Program-made: the position numbers and the translations under genes
Shown here: positions 7,566-15,415 of the stretch, one piece after another
How the letters are laid out: each line of letters begins with the position of its first letter
Numbering within the stretch: position 1 is the first letter of the stretch
Notes under the pieces: model-generated
The model's database searches: none
Told to the model about the DNA's origin: nothing
What the model saw: only the letters and a program-made list of their open reading frames with translations
Source: Telmatocola sphagniphila
GTDB lineage: Bacteria; Planctomycetota; Planctomycetia; Gemmatales; Gemmataceae
NCBI RefSeq assembly: GCF_018398935.1
Contig: NZ_CP074694.1
Location: 4,770,001-4,802,000, forward strand
Length of the DNA: 32,000 nucleotides
Direction: 5' to 3'

Positions 7566-9212
7566 TTATTTCGACGGTGCAATACGTTCGAGCTGGTTGA
7601 GAAAATTGCGTAGGGCAGCATCGGCAACAGGCTCGTATCGATCAACGGAATCGGGATGTCGCACCCAAGTTGCTTTGATTTCGGGCTGCTGCGCAATTTC
7701 GTATCGACTATAGCCATCCCCCAAGAGGAACAGCTCGCGAACGCACAGATCATATTTTTCGAGACCAAAACCCGCTAGATAGGCCAAAAGCGTTCGAGGG
7801 CCTCGATAGTCGGGCCGCAGTTTAGCGTAGTGGGCATAGAGAGGCTTTAAATCGTCCCAATACGTTGGATCCTCCTCTTGCAAACGCTTTAAAGCGATTC
7901 CTCGCGGATACCCCTTTAGACCGCCAAGCATATTTTGTGCTTCGATCATTAGTAAAGGTAGTAAAAGTACGTCGTCCCAAGTACGCATGCATTGACGCGC
8001 AAATGCACGAACTTCTGCTTCAGAGCCATGCCATTGAGGCTTCAGATAACCCAACTTGTAATAACAGGCTTCATAGATAGCTGAGGAGTTATCAGAATCC
8101 AGAACCCTCTTAAACCATAATTCCATTTCTTCTCGAGGCAATCCCTGTCCCATACAGACACGGATCATGAGTGCTGCCGCCAGGGAAAGATTCTGATCCT
8201 GCGACCAGGCTTTCCGAAGACACAATTCCGCTTCATTCAAGTGTTCTTGAAATTTTTCAAACTGTTTATCGGTCGTTTCCGAAGCAGGTTTACTCCCTCG
8301 GAATTTCCAGGCAATCTCGATAAGAAAAATACCCTTTATACATGCAAGCGCAGTAGTAGCCTTGGGGATATCGCTAAGAACAGCCTCTACATCCGCTGTT
8401 GCATCCAGAGTTTTCTTTCCAGCATCTGTATAAAGCTGTATGACTTCCCTTGTATATTGGATTCCCGTACTCATTGGCAGATTTGGTTCCCGCCACAACA
8501 AAGGAAGACAATCGCGCTGTTCATCAATTAATTTGGTGTTGTATTCGAATTTGGGTTTCAACTTGGCCAGATCCAATTCGATATTCAGCAATCGCATTTT
8601 CGCTCCGAATTGCCAGCTCAACGGATACGAGGCCGTAGCCATTTTTTTGACGGCCTCCTGAGCAAAAGGGTAGGCTTTTTCGGGGAAATATTCACCCATG
8701 AATTTAGGAAGAAGCGACAGGAGATGAAAGATAATAGCATCACGACAACCTTTTTCGTAGGCGGCCTTCGCGAACAAGTAGGAGTCTTGAAAATGATCGG
8801 TTCTTGCCCCTTCGAGCCGAACCATCGCAAGTATTAGAGAACGCATCGACTTTATCGTTAAATCATCCCAAGCCGGATCGCGATGCCCGCTTTTTTTATA
8901 TGTCTCAATCAAGGTCTCTTCGTAATACTTCTTCATCATCAAAGCGTTTTGATTTTGAGCCTTCAAATTTCTCTTCAGCGGATATTTCTCAGCCATTTCG
9001 TTTTCGACTTCATCCGGACCCGGAACCGCGTCCGTCCAGTCGATGGTTTCGTTCTCTCGAAACCTCTGAAGTGCGGGCGAATTGATCAATTCGACAATGG
9101 TTTTTTGTTTCTGAACCGTCGCATCCGCGATTGCGGGAGGTGCACCCGTTTTGGAACAACCCGCTGAAACTAAAATTGCGAGCGCAAGGGAGATCCTAAT
9201 TTTTGAGAACAT
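7566..9212 (-). CDS. Lipoprotein with a DUF4034-like C-terminal region (tentative), AT-rich
   Basis: 548 aa. Signal peptide with lipobox LVSAGC. The block AWKFRGSKPASETT..FEKFQEHLNEAE..KAW....YLKPQWHGSEAEVRAF resembles the DUF4034 pattern as I remember it. Composition is visibly more AT-rich than the flanks. Confidence 0.75.
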   Translation of the reverse strand: MFSKIRISLALAILVSAGCSKTGAPPAIADATVQKQKTIVELINSPALQRFRENETIDWTDAVPGPDEVENEMAEKYPLKRNLKAQNQNALMMKKYYEETLIETYKKSGHRDPAWDDLTIKSMRSLILAMVRLEGARTDHFQDSYLFAKAAYEKGCRDAIIFHLLSLLPKFMGEYFPEKAYPFAQEAVKKMATASYPLSWQFGAKMRLLNIELDLAKLKPKFEYNTKLIDEQRDCLPLLWREPNLPMSTGIQYTREVIQLYTDAGKKTLDATADVEAVLSDIPKATTALACIKGIFLIEIAWKFRGSKPASETTDKQFEKFQEHLNEAELCLRKAWSQDQNLSLAAALMIRVCMGQGLPREEMELWFKRVLDSDNSSAIYEACYYKLGYLKPQWHGSEAEVRAFARQCMRTWDDVLLLPLLMIEAQNMLGGLKGYPRGIALKRLQEEDPTYWDDLKPLYAHYAKLRPDYRGPRTLLAYLAGFGLEKYDLCVRELFLLGDGYSRYEIAQQPEIKATWVRHPDSVDRYEPVADAALRNFLNQLERIAPSK

Positions 9213-9344
9213 TTTGATGAGCCTCGGCGATTCAGAAAAGATACGCCATTCTCGCGAGGCGATGCGGATGTTGCAAGCTCAATTTTCAGGAATATTGGCC
9301 CTTCATCAGCTCCGTTCTCATTTATCCAAGAGTAGTAGGCGGTT

Positions 9345-9470
9345 GCCAATGGTACTGCCATTGGCGAGAGATTTATCCTTCAAAAACACCGATTTTCTTG
9401 TGAAATATGGCATTTTACCGATTGAGAACTCGATGCGTCGAATGCACCAATGGCATAGCCATCGGCACCC
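9345..9470 (+). repeat. Full-length, expanded copy of the GCCAWTGGC-bounded palindromic repeat family
   Basis: It starts with the hairpin GCCAATGG-TACTG-CCATTGGC at 9345-9365. It then carries the shared blocks CCTTCAAAAACACCGATTTT, CCGATTGAGAA and AATGCACCAATGGCATAGCCATCGGCACCC. It is colinear with copies at 26729-26808, 27414-27501 and 27838-27930. Confidence 0.7.
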
Positions 9471-9643
9471 GGCTTCAACATGGTCGCTTGCACCCGGGCG
9501 ATTTCGTCTTCTGACAGAGGGCCGTTTTCAGATACTTCTGTTCCTGATGTCACAATCAGCCGAATGCCTTCCGGCAGGTTGATCGGTTGCTCCCCTTCCA
9601 CACGCCCGTTACGGATAACGCCTTTCAACAATATTGAGGTCAT
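9380..9643 (-). CDS. Small antitoxin-like protein (tentative). The C-terminal third is encoded by the repeat element.
   Basis: 87 aa. The N-terminus ILLKGVIRNGRVEGEQPINLPEGIRLIVT resembles the short antitoxin-like family (..NG.l.p..p.dLPEG..v.v.i) that is common next to PIN toxins. No toxin partner is present. The last roughly 30 codons lie inside repeat 9345-9470. Confidence 0.4.
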   Translation of the reverse strand: MTSILLKGVIRNGRVEGEQPINLPEGIRLIVTSGTEVSENGPLSEDEIARVQATMLKPGADGYAIGAFDASSSQSVKCHISQENRCF

Positions 9644-9690
9644 GCTCCCCGAATCCTACGCCTATTATCTATTCCCCAGAGCCCAAGATC

Positions 9691-10884
9691 CTAAACATCG
9701 GACAAACTCGACTCCGGTGGCCGAGGCCCGTCGCGCGGTTCAGTGGGCTCGAGGTTGGAGTGCCGGTCTTCATCCTCCGAAGTCAGCCAAGCGGCGATCA
9801 GCAACATCGATCGACCGATGACTTGAATCCAAAGCTCGATCGAGGAGCCCGTGGCCATACTAGGCAATGCTCGAAGAACTATGTAAAGGAACGCGAGCCG
9901 AAGCGCCAGGCGCTGATTACCGTTGGATCGCTCGGAGTCCATCGACGTGCGAGATACAATCCAAATCACCACCGGTAACAACGAAACATCGTATTGGAAC
10001 CAGGCGTGCGTGTAAGTAAGCATCGCCTGCGTCAAAGCCATGGCTACTCCCAGATCGGGATTGTTCGCCCGGCTGCGAACGAGTGCAACCGGAATTAACA
10101 TGGCAAAAAATAAGACCATGCCGATTTTGGAATTTAACCCCAGCACTCCGGGTATAGACCCGCACAGAGCCGAGAATTGTCCCGCCTCCGCGGCCTTCTC
10201 CGTCCAAGTCCAGGGCCAGACCCCGATCAACGCGAACATCAGGAAGGTTGTAGCCAGCGCGGCCAAGGCAGCGATCATAAAACGTTTAAGTGACCACGTG
10301 ATCGCGACAGCACTGATCAGGAAAAAAAAGGGCCGGATTAAGCAGGCCGCACACAAGCCCACGCCGCACAGCACCGGCCGGGAATCGCGCGCCAGAGCCC
10401 AGAGCATGACTGCTAAAAAAGCAATTATGCCAACCGGTTGACCCCAATCGAGACCTTGCCAGATGGGTGCCCAGAGAACGGTCAGACCGCCTAAAGCGGA
10501 AAATCGCCAGCTGCGATAACCGAACAGTTTGCCCGCCCAATTCCAGGCTATAGCCAGGACGAACAACTGCACACCCTGTTGGACTCGCCAACTCAAATAG
10601 AAGGAGAGATAGGAAAACGGGACAGTGAGCAACACTGCCAGAGGCGGATGCGGGTTGTAGGCCACGATATTGCCCGGACCATCAAACCCGCTGGTTCGGC
10701 GCATTTCGTGTAAATCTTGGTACGGATCTTCCCCCTTCAGCCAAGCCTGGGCGGAGCAATAATCCTGGATGTAATCTTCAGCTTGCCCAACCGAATTCCT
10801 TAAGGGAAATAGGGAAATGAACCCTAACAACGCGGTGGTTAGTAGGACTCTCAAGACAACTTGACGGGACATCGATATAGCCAA
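9691..10884 (-). CDS. Polytopic membrane glycosyltransferase-like protein (GT87 / DUF2029-like)
   Basis: 397 aa with about 10 hydrophobic segments. The N-terminal loop DYIQDYCSAQAWLKGEDPY....YNPHPPLAVLL fits the DUF2029 signature (D..Y..a..l..G.dpY ... YpP). Confidence 0.6.
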   Translation of the reverse strand: MAISMSRQVVLRVLLTTALLGFISLFPLRNSVGQAEDYIQDYCSAQAWLKGEDPYQDLHEMRRTSGFDGPGNIVAYNPHPPLAVLLTVPFSYLSFYLSWRVQQGVQLFVLAIAWNWAGKLFGYRSWRFSALGGLTVLWAPIWQGLDWGQPVGIIAFLAVMLWALARDSRPVLCGVGLCAACLIRPFFFLISAVAITWSLKRFMIAALAALATTFLMFALIGVWPWTWTEKAAEAGQFSALCGSIPGVLGLNSKIGMVLFFAMLIPVALVRSRANNPDLGVAMALTQAMLTYTHAWFQYDVSLLPVVIWIVSRTSMDSERSNGNQRLALRLAFLYIVLRALPSMATGSSIELWIQVIGRSMLLIAAWLTSEDEDRHSNLEPTEPRDGPRPPESSLSDV

Positions 10885-10890
10885 AGTGGC

Positions 10891-11241
10891 CTATTGTGCT
10901 TTCTGCGGGCGTATCACCATTATCGTCAGAAAGGCCGAAGCGAAAAAGACCAGAATACCCAACAACATCGCGGCCTCCTCGGCATACTGCGGCGGTTGAC
11001 CCTCCCGAGTAAAGATCTTCTCCCAGCGCGGCCACATGACGTAGATCAACCGCCCGTAAACCGCGGTAATCATCGTAGCGACGATAATCGTCACAAATCC
11101 CAAGCCCAGTCGCGGATCCGTCTCCCGACGAAGATTTTTGCGGCGGCAGGTACCACAGCGGTCATCCTGGTCGCTGATCAACGCGGAACAATAAGCGCAG
11201 TAGACTTGAGACATAGGCGTTCTCATAAAAATGAATTCCAT
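10891..11241 (-). CDS. Small zinc-ribbon membrane protein, hypothetical
   Basis: 116 aa. The likely true start is ATG 11214 (MSQVYCAYCSALISDQDDRCGTCRR, a CxxC..CxxC motif), followed by two TM helices. Its stop lies 6 nt upstream of the start of 9691..10884, which suggests an operon. Confidence 0.6.
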   Translation of the reverse strand: MEFIFMRTPMSQVYCAYCSALISDQDDRCGTCRRKNLRRETDPRLGLGFVTIIVATMITAVYGRLIYVMWPRWEKIFTREGQPPQYAEEAAMLLGILVFFASAFLTIMVIRPQKAQ

Positions 11242-11547
11242 TACATTTTATGAGCTCTTCAGGTTAATAGAAGAGGGGCCAGTGGTTCAAATCGAATCCA
11301 CTCTGATTCCGCAACGTTAAGGTATAGCTCCCTTTGATTCATTAAGTTTAGAAACCGATGCTTCAAAAAAGTCGGTGGAAAAGACAATTCCGGGAGGAGA
11401 TTAATTTCTGGCCAGCAATATTTAAGACGCATTGAAGAGAAGAAGCTGTGAGAAATCTCCCCTAACCGGGGCCGGAAGTACTGCACCGCAGAATCCGGCG
11501 CAGTACCTATTGAGAGGGAAATTGATCGAAGAACAATCGCCGGATTC

Positions 11548-12501
11548 TTACTTTCGATTCTTCACAGCGTTGTAGAGTTCGCGGAGCATCTCTTTCATCT
11601 CGGCCAATTCCTTCTTCATCTGCTTCAGTTCGCTGGCTGAGACGGAACTACTGGTGCTTGAGGAACCGGAAGAACTGCTGGTGCTCGAGGAACTCGAACC
11701 GCTGTTACCGGTTGTGCTGGATGAACTGGAAGTGCGCGGCATCGGGGCCGTTTCAGGACCGCGATTTCGACGATCCCCGTCCGGTCCGGCTCCGGGTGCA
11801 CCTCTCGGACCGAATCCTCCGAAACCTCGGCCACCCGGACCGCCTTTGGGTTCAAAATCTCGCTTGGGCTCAAACCCGTCCGGTCCGCCGGGGCCTCTTC
11901 GACCACCGGGGCCACCCATACCTCCCGGGCCAAACGCCTCTCGTCCTCCAAATCCACTACCTCCTGGACCACCTGGGCCACGGCCGGCACCCGGACCACC
12001 CGGGCCACCAAACGCCGGACGCTCCGATTTCGGTTCCAAAGGCGGTTCGTGACTGTCGCCGAGCAGACTCAGAATATTAGGGGTTTTCGGTGCGGGCCGA
12101 CCTTCCAGTTCGGCTAATTGCTTTCGAGCGTCCAGAAACTTGGTGACCGCGGCACGAGCCTGATCGGCCAGATCGCGAACCAGTTTCCGAGTCTGTTCGA
12201 TTTTTTCGAGATTCTTTCGGGAAACTAACTCTTTATCCCGTTCCAACTTCAATTTCGCTGCTAAAAGCTGCTCTTCCAATCGGCGAATATGCTCTTCGTC
12301 CTTGCGGATGTCGCCGGGCTCTTCCTTAAATTTCCCTTTTTCCTTGCCCTCTTTCTTCTCGCGATCGGGCCGGCCTTCTTTACCGGGCCGGTCCTGGGCC
12401 TGAGACACCATCGGAATCATCACGACCCCACCGAGAGCAACGAGCAGGCAAAAACTTCGCAACCAAAGCCGACTACAACCCATACGAACCAGCGTTCCCA
12501 T
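11548..12501 (-). CDS. Secreted low-complexity protein: coiled coil, then a GPGG/RGG-rich region, a poly-Ser tract and a C-terminal amphipathic helix
   Basis: 317 aa. Signal peptide ..LVALGGVVMIPMVSQAQD. A charged heptad-like region (EEHIRRLEEQLLAAKLKLERDKEL). Repeats GGPGGPGAGRGPGGPGGSGFGG.., a tract SSSSSTTGNSGSSSSSTSSSSGSSSTSSS, and the end ELKQMKKELAEMKEMLRELY. Confidence 0.7.
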   Translation of the reverse strand: MGTLVRMGCSRLWLRSFCLLVALGGVVMIPMVSQAQDRPGKEGRPDREKKEGKEKGKFKEEPGDIRKDEEHIRRLEEQLLAAKLKLERDKELVSRKNLEKIEQTRKLVRDLADQARAAVTKFLDARKQLAELEGRPAPKTPNILSLLGDSHEPPLEPKSERPAFGGPGGPGAGRGPGGPGGSGFGGREAFGPGGMGGPGGRRGPGGPDGFEPKRDFEPKGGPGGRGFGGFGPRGAPGAGPDGDRRNRGPETAPMPRTSSSSSTTGNSGSSSSSTSSSSGSSSTSSSVSASELKQMKKELAEMKEMLRELYNAVKNRK

Positions 12502-12695
12502 AAATCCTCCAGCGAACAGAACAAGGAGAGGCGAAGCGATGCAACATCGCTCCTAACCTTGATAGTCACGAACATAAAGGAAAAAGGGATGAGAGATTTG
12601 GAGGGTTTATGGGCTCCCAAACTCTCATAGTTCATTAAGAAGTCTCTCCCACTGCTTAAAATGTGAAAATTATATTGTGAATTTATAAATTCCTC

Positions 12696-12725
12696 TTGAC
12701 CGAGAAATTAAAACGGCGCAATAAT
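12696..12725 (+). promoter_or_regulatory. Candidate sigma70-like promoter for the DUF1559 gene cluster
   Basis: TTGACC at 12696-12701, an 18-nt spacer, then AATAAT at 12720-12725, about 80 nt upstream of ATG 12806. Planctomycete promoter rules are poorly known. Confidence 0.3.
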
Positions 12726-12805
12726 TACTCTCAAGTGCCCGATTCGTCAAATACACATTTGAATATTTGGCACCAAATTTATTCTCGTTCTCTCCCGAGG
12801 AAAAC

Positions 12806-13909
12806 ATGTTTACTCCCTTCCGTAGGAATGGGTTGCCCCGTCGTGGGTTCACCCTGATCGAACTACTCGTAGTTATTGCCATCATCGCAATCCTGATCGG
12901 ATTACTGTTGCCGGCCGTGCAAAAGGTTCGTGAAGCCGCGGCTCGCATGAAGTGCTCGAACAATCTGAAGCAGATGGGTCTGGCCATCCACAACTTCCAC
13001 GACGCGACCGGAAAATTGCCGGCGAATCAGCAACAGGTCGGCTGGAACGTCTGGGAATCCTTGAGTGCCAGTTACGCCATCCTGCCGTTCCTGGAACAGG
13101 GCAACCTGTTTAGCTCGATCGTGCTGCCTTCGAATGTGCCTCAACCCGGGCGTTCCTGTTATGGCTGCGGCGACTCAGGCGTTTTTGGCAACGTTTACAA
13201 CAATCAGATGAACGTCTCGTTGTCCAGTTTCATTTGCCCCTCCTCGACCTCGGCTCCCAAGCGCGGCACCAACCAGAACGGCTGGGATGGCCCCGGTTCC
13301 AACTATGGCTGGAGCGTGGGTAGCCGAATTTATGTGATGTGGGACGGTAACGGCACCCAAGGCACCAGCAACTCGAACGGGATGGTCACTCAACTCGAAC
13401 AGCGTTCCTTCTCGGATGTGACCGACGGCCTTTCGAACACCTTGCTGGCCTCCGAATTGCTCCCCGGTTCAAACGCTCCTGAAACAGGCGGCCCGGGTAA
13501 ATATCCTTATGACTTCTTCTATGCCGGAGATAGTCTATTTAACGCAGTGGTGAATCCCGATTTCCCCACCCAAGCCGAACTCGATGCTATTGGTTCCGCG
13601 GCGATGAACAGTCCCCAAGGTGTGAAATCGAATAATGGTACCATGCCGCTATGGTATGCCTCAGGTCACTCCTGCTTGAATACTTCGGCTCCGCCGAACT
13701 GGAAATGGCCCACGGCTGGGGGCAGCTGCTGCCCCGGGGGGGCTCACGACTGGACGAACGGCATCGTACCTCCGCGGAGTTTACACACGGGCGGCGTCAA
13801 TGCGCTGTTGGGCGATGGTTCCGTGCGGTTCATCCAAAATAGCGTCGATATTCTGACTTTCCAAAGATTAGGAAATGCTCGCGATGGGCAACCTCTGGGC
13901 AATTACTAA
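12806..13909 (+). CDS. DUF1559 domain protein with a prepilin-type N-terminal cleavage/methylation motif (planctomycete pseudopilin-like family)
   Basis: The ORF track gives 12767..13909. I prefer ATG 12806, which has GAGG 5 nt upstream. [55 protein letters not shown] is the canonical DUF1559 N-terminus. The C-terminal [17 protein letters not shown] box is also typical. Confidence 0.93.
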   Translation: MFTPFRRNGLPRRGFTLIELLVVIAIIAILIGLLLPAVQKVREAAARMKCSNNLKQMGLAIHNFHDATGKLPANQQQVGWNVWESLSASYAILPFLEQGNLFSSIVLPSNVPQPGRSCYGCGDSGVFGNVYNNQMNVSLSSFICPSSTSAPKRGTNQNGWDGPGSNYGWSVGSRIYVMWDGNGTQGTSNSNGMVTQLEQRSFSDVTDGLSNTLLASELLPGSNAPETGGPGKYPYDFFYAGDSLFNAVVNPDFPTQAELDAIGSAAMNSPQGVKSNNGTMPLWYASGHSCLNTSAPPNWKWPTAGGSCCPGGAHDWTNGIVPPRSLHTGGVNALLGDGSVRFIQNSVDILTFQRLGNARDGQPLGNY

Positions 13910-13927
13910 TCAATAGGAGCGGATTCG

Positions 13928-14263
13928 ATGCGGATAGATAGAGTTCTCGTCGGCCTGGTCCTCAGCACGGGACTGGTCGTCGGGTGTAAACCTCCTGCCC
14001 CGGAAACGATTATCGAGGTCAAAAATGTCGATCCCTGGGCCCAGGTGAAGGCGACCTTGGTGAATTACATCAAGGGAAAACCGGTTTCCAGTGAAGTGAC
14101 GACTTACGATGCGATGATCGATAACATTCGAAAAATTGATTCCGCCAAGGCGGATATCCTGAAGGCCGGGCTGGATGAAATCAAGAAAAGTAAAGGCAGT
14201 CCGGTATCTAAAGCCCGGGAGCTGATGAAGAAGCTGGATCTCTCCGATCCCAGTGTGAAATAA
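13928..14263 (+). CDS. Small lipoprotein, hypothetical
   Basis: 111 aa. Lipobox LVVGC. It begins 19 nt after the DUF1559 gene. Confidence 0.75.
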   Translation: MRIDRVLVGLVLSTGLVVGCKPPAPETIIEVKNVDPWAQVKATLVNYIKGKPVSSEVTTYDAMIDNIRKIDSAKADILKAGLDEIKKSKGSPVSKARELMKKLDLSDPSVK

Positions 14264-14293
14264 TCAGTGGGAAGATCCAGTCAAGAATTCATT

Positions 14294-14346
14294 TCAGCGG
14301 TCGGCATTCAGGCTCAAACCTGAACGGCGACCGCTGATTTTCTTTC
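14294..14346 (+). terminator. Rho-independent terminator-like hairpin
   Basis: TCAGCGGTCGGCATTCAGG-CTCAAA-CCTGAACGGCGACCGCTGA is a long imperfect stem. It is followed by TTTTCTTTC. Confidence 0.65.
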
Positions 14347-14369
14347 AAGAACTTTGCCCGGATGGAATC

Positions 14370-14786
14370 ATGTTAAAACGCGTTTTCCTAGCACTTTTGC
14401 TGTTGCTGAATAGTTTCTTACTTGTCGGCTGCGGGGAAAACCCGGGCCCGCAAACGGAAGTGGAAGGCTCGCTGACTTACGATGGTACGCCAGTAGCCTC
14501 GGGTATCATTTCGTTTATCAGCCTCGACTCGGAAGCGCCGCGAAGTTACGGGGCTCCCATCGAGAACGGCACCTACCACGTCTTGCGGGAAACCGGAATT
14601 CCGCCCGGTAAGTATCGTGTGGAAATTCACTGGGCTCGACCGACGGGAGAAAAACGGGAGGCGACCTACGGCAAATCCCCGGATGTGATCGCGGAAGCAT
14701 TGCCGGATAAATATCACAAAGAATCCATCCTCACGGCTGAGTTGGTGGCCGGTGCGAATACTGTGGATTTTCTGCTCGAAAAATAA
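14370..14786 (+). CDS. Lipoprotein with a carboxypeptidase-regulatory-like beta-sandwich, a common DUF1559 neighbour
   Basis: 138 aa. Lipobox LLVGC. VEGSLTYDGTPVASGIISF...ENGTYHV..IPPGKYRVEI is typical of this small planctomycete lipoprotein family. Confidence 0.8.
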   Translation: MLKRVFLALLLLLNSFLLVGCGENPGPQTEVEGSLTYDGTPVASGIISFISLDSEAPRSYGAPIENGTYHVLRETGIPPGKYRVEIHWARPTGEKREATYGKSPDVIAEALPDKYHKESILTAELVAGANTVDFLLEK

Positions 14787-15178
14787 TGGCCCATCGCCTT
14801 CCAATAAGGGTGCTTGTGATCGAAGCCAAATATTCCGAGTATCTGGATAAGGTTCGCAAAATCTGCTTTGCCCTACCCGAGGTGAAGGAAGTAGAGGCCT
14901 GGGGGCATCCCACTTTTCGCGCTCCCAAAAAGCTATTTGCGGCCTTTGGAGTGGATGAAATCGAAGGACCGAATCTCGGCTTGAAAATGAGTTTCGAGCG
15001 ACAGGAGCAACTGCTCGAAGATCCCCGCTTCTACCCCACACCCTACGCCGCCCACCAGGGTTGGGTTTCTCTGCGGCTGAAATCCGTGAAGCGTTGGCAG
15101 GAAGTGAAAGCCCTATTGATTGAAGCCTACTGCCAGGTGGCTTCCAAGAAGTTAATTGAAGCGCTTGACGCAGATTAA
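14786..15178 (+). CDS. MmcQ/YjbR-family (DUF419-like) protein
   Basis: 130 aa. LPEVKEVEAWGHPTFRAPKKLFAAF...GLKMS......PYAAHQGWVSLRL fits the YjbR-like pattern. TAATG start/stop overlap with the upstream gene. Confidence 0.6.
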   Translation: MAHRLPIRVLVIEAKYSEYLDKVRKICFALPEVKEVEAWGHPTFRAPKKLFAAFGVDEIEGPNLGLKMSFERQEQLLEDPRFYPTPYAAHQGWVSLRLKSVKRWQEVKALLIEAYCQVASKKLIEALDAD

Positions 15179-15301
15179 CAAATTTTCCTGTTCGATGCAT
15201 TTGCTTCGCTTGCCACAAACCCTGCAAATTCCATTTCCGCAAGTTGGGTAAAGTAGGACGCCCAGTTGTCTACCCTTTAATCTCCGGCCAATCTGCCGGG
15301 C

Positions 15302-15329
15302 TTGACGCGATATGCCAGTCGGTTATAAA
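15302..15329 (+). promoter_or_regulatory. Candidate sigma70-like promoter for the DUF11 gene
   Basis: TTGACG at 15302-15307, a 16-nt spacer, then TATAAA at 15324-15329, about 90 nt upstream of ATG 15416. Confidence 0.35.
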
Positions 15330-15415
15330 CGATTTTGAAATTTCTACTCAAGCGCGGGCGAGTTCCGTATTTTGCGTGCATTCCCGCCACGCGGAAGCTT
15401 CATGGAGGAAGAATC

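Noticed and set aside
7403-7768. 121-aa minus-strand ORF overlapping the 3' end of the lipoprotein gene
   Set aside because: It overlaps the confidently called 7566..9212 CDS out of frame and extends into the repeat-containing intergenic region. No supporting features were seen.
9151-9582. 143-aa plus-strand ORF across the 9213-9690 intergenic and repeat region
   Set aside because: It is largely encoded by the repeat element and by the antisense strand of the antitoxin-like ORF. No RBS or motifs were seen.
11281-11302. tRNA-like GGTTCAAATCGAATCC motif
   Set aside because: It forms only a 5-bp stem with a 12-nt loop. No acceptor, D or anticodon arms can be built around it.
11625-12080. Alternative-frame and opposite-strand Pro-rich ORFs (11625..12011, 11654..12052, 11658..12080)
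   Set aside because: These are by-products of the GGN/CCN periodicity of the GPGG-repeat region. Only the 11548..12501 frame has a signal peptide and non-repetitive flanks.
14418-15242. 274-aa minus-strand ORF spanning the lipoprotein and YjbR genes
   Set aside because: It overlaps two plus-strand genes that have a lipobox and family motifs. It is Arg/Pro/Ser-rich with no start-site support.
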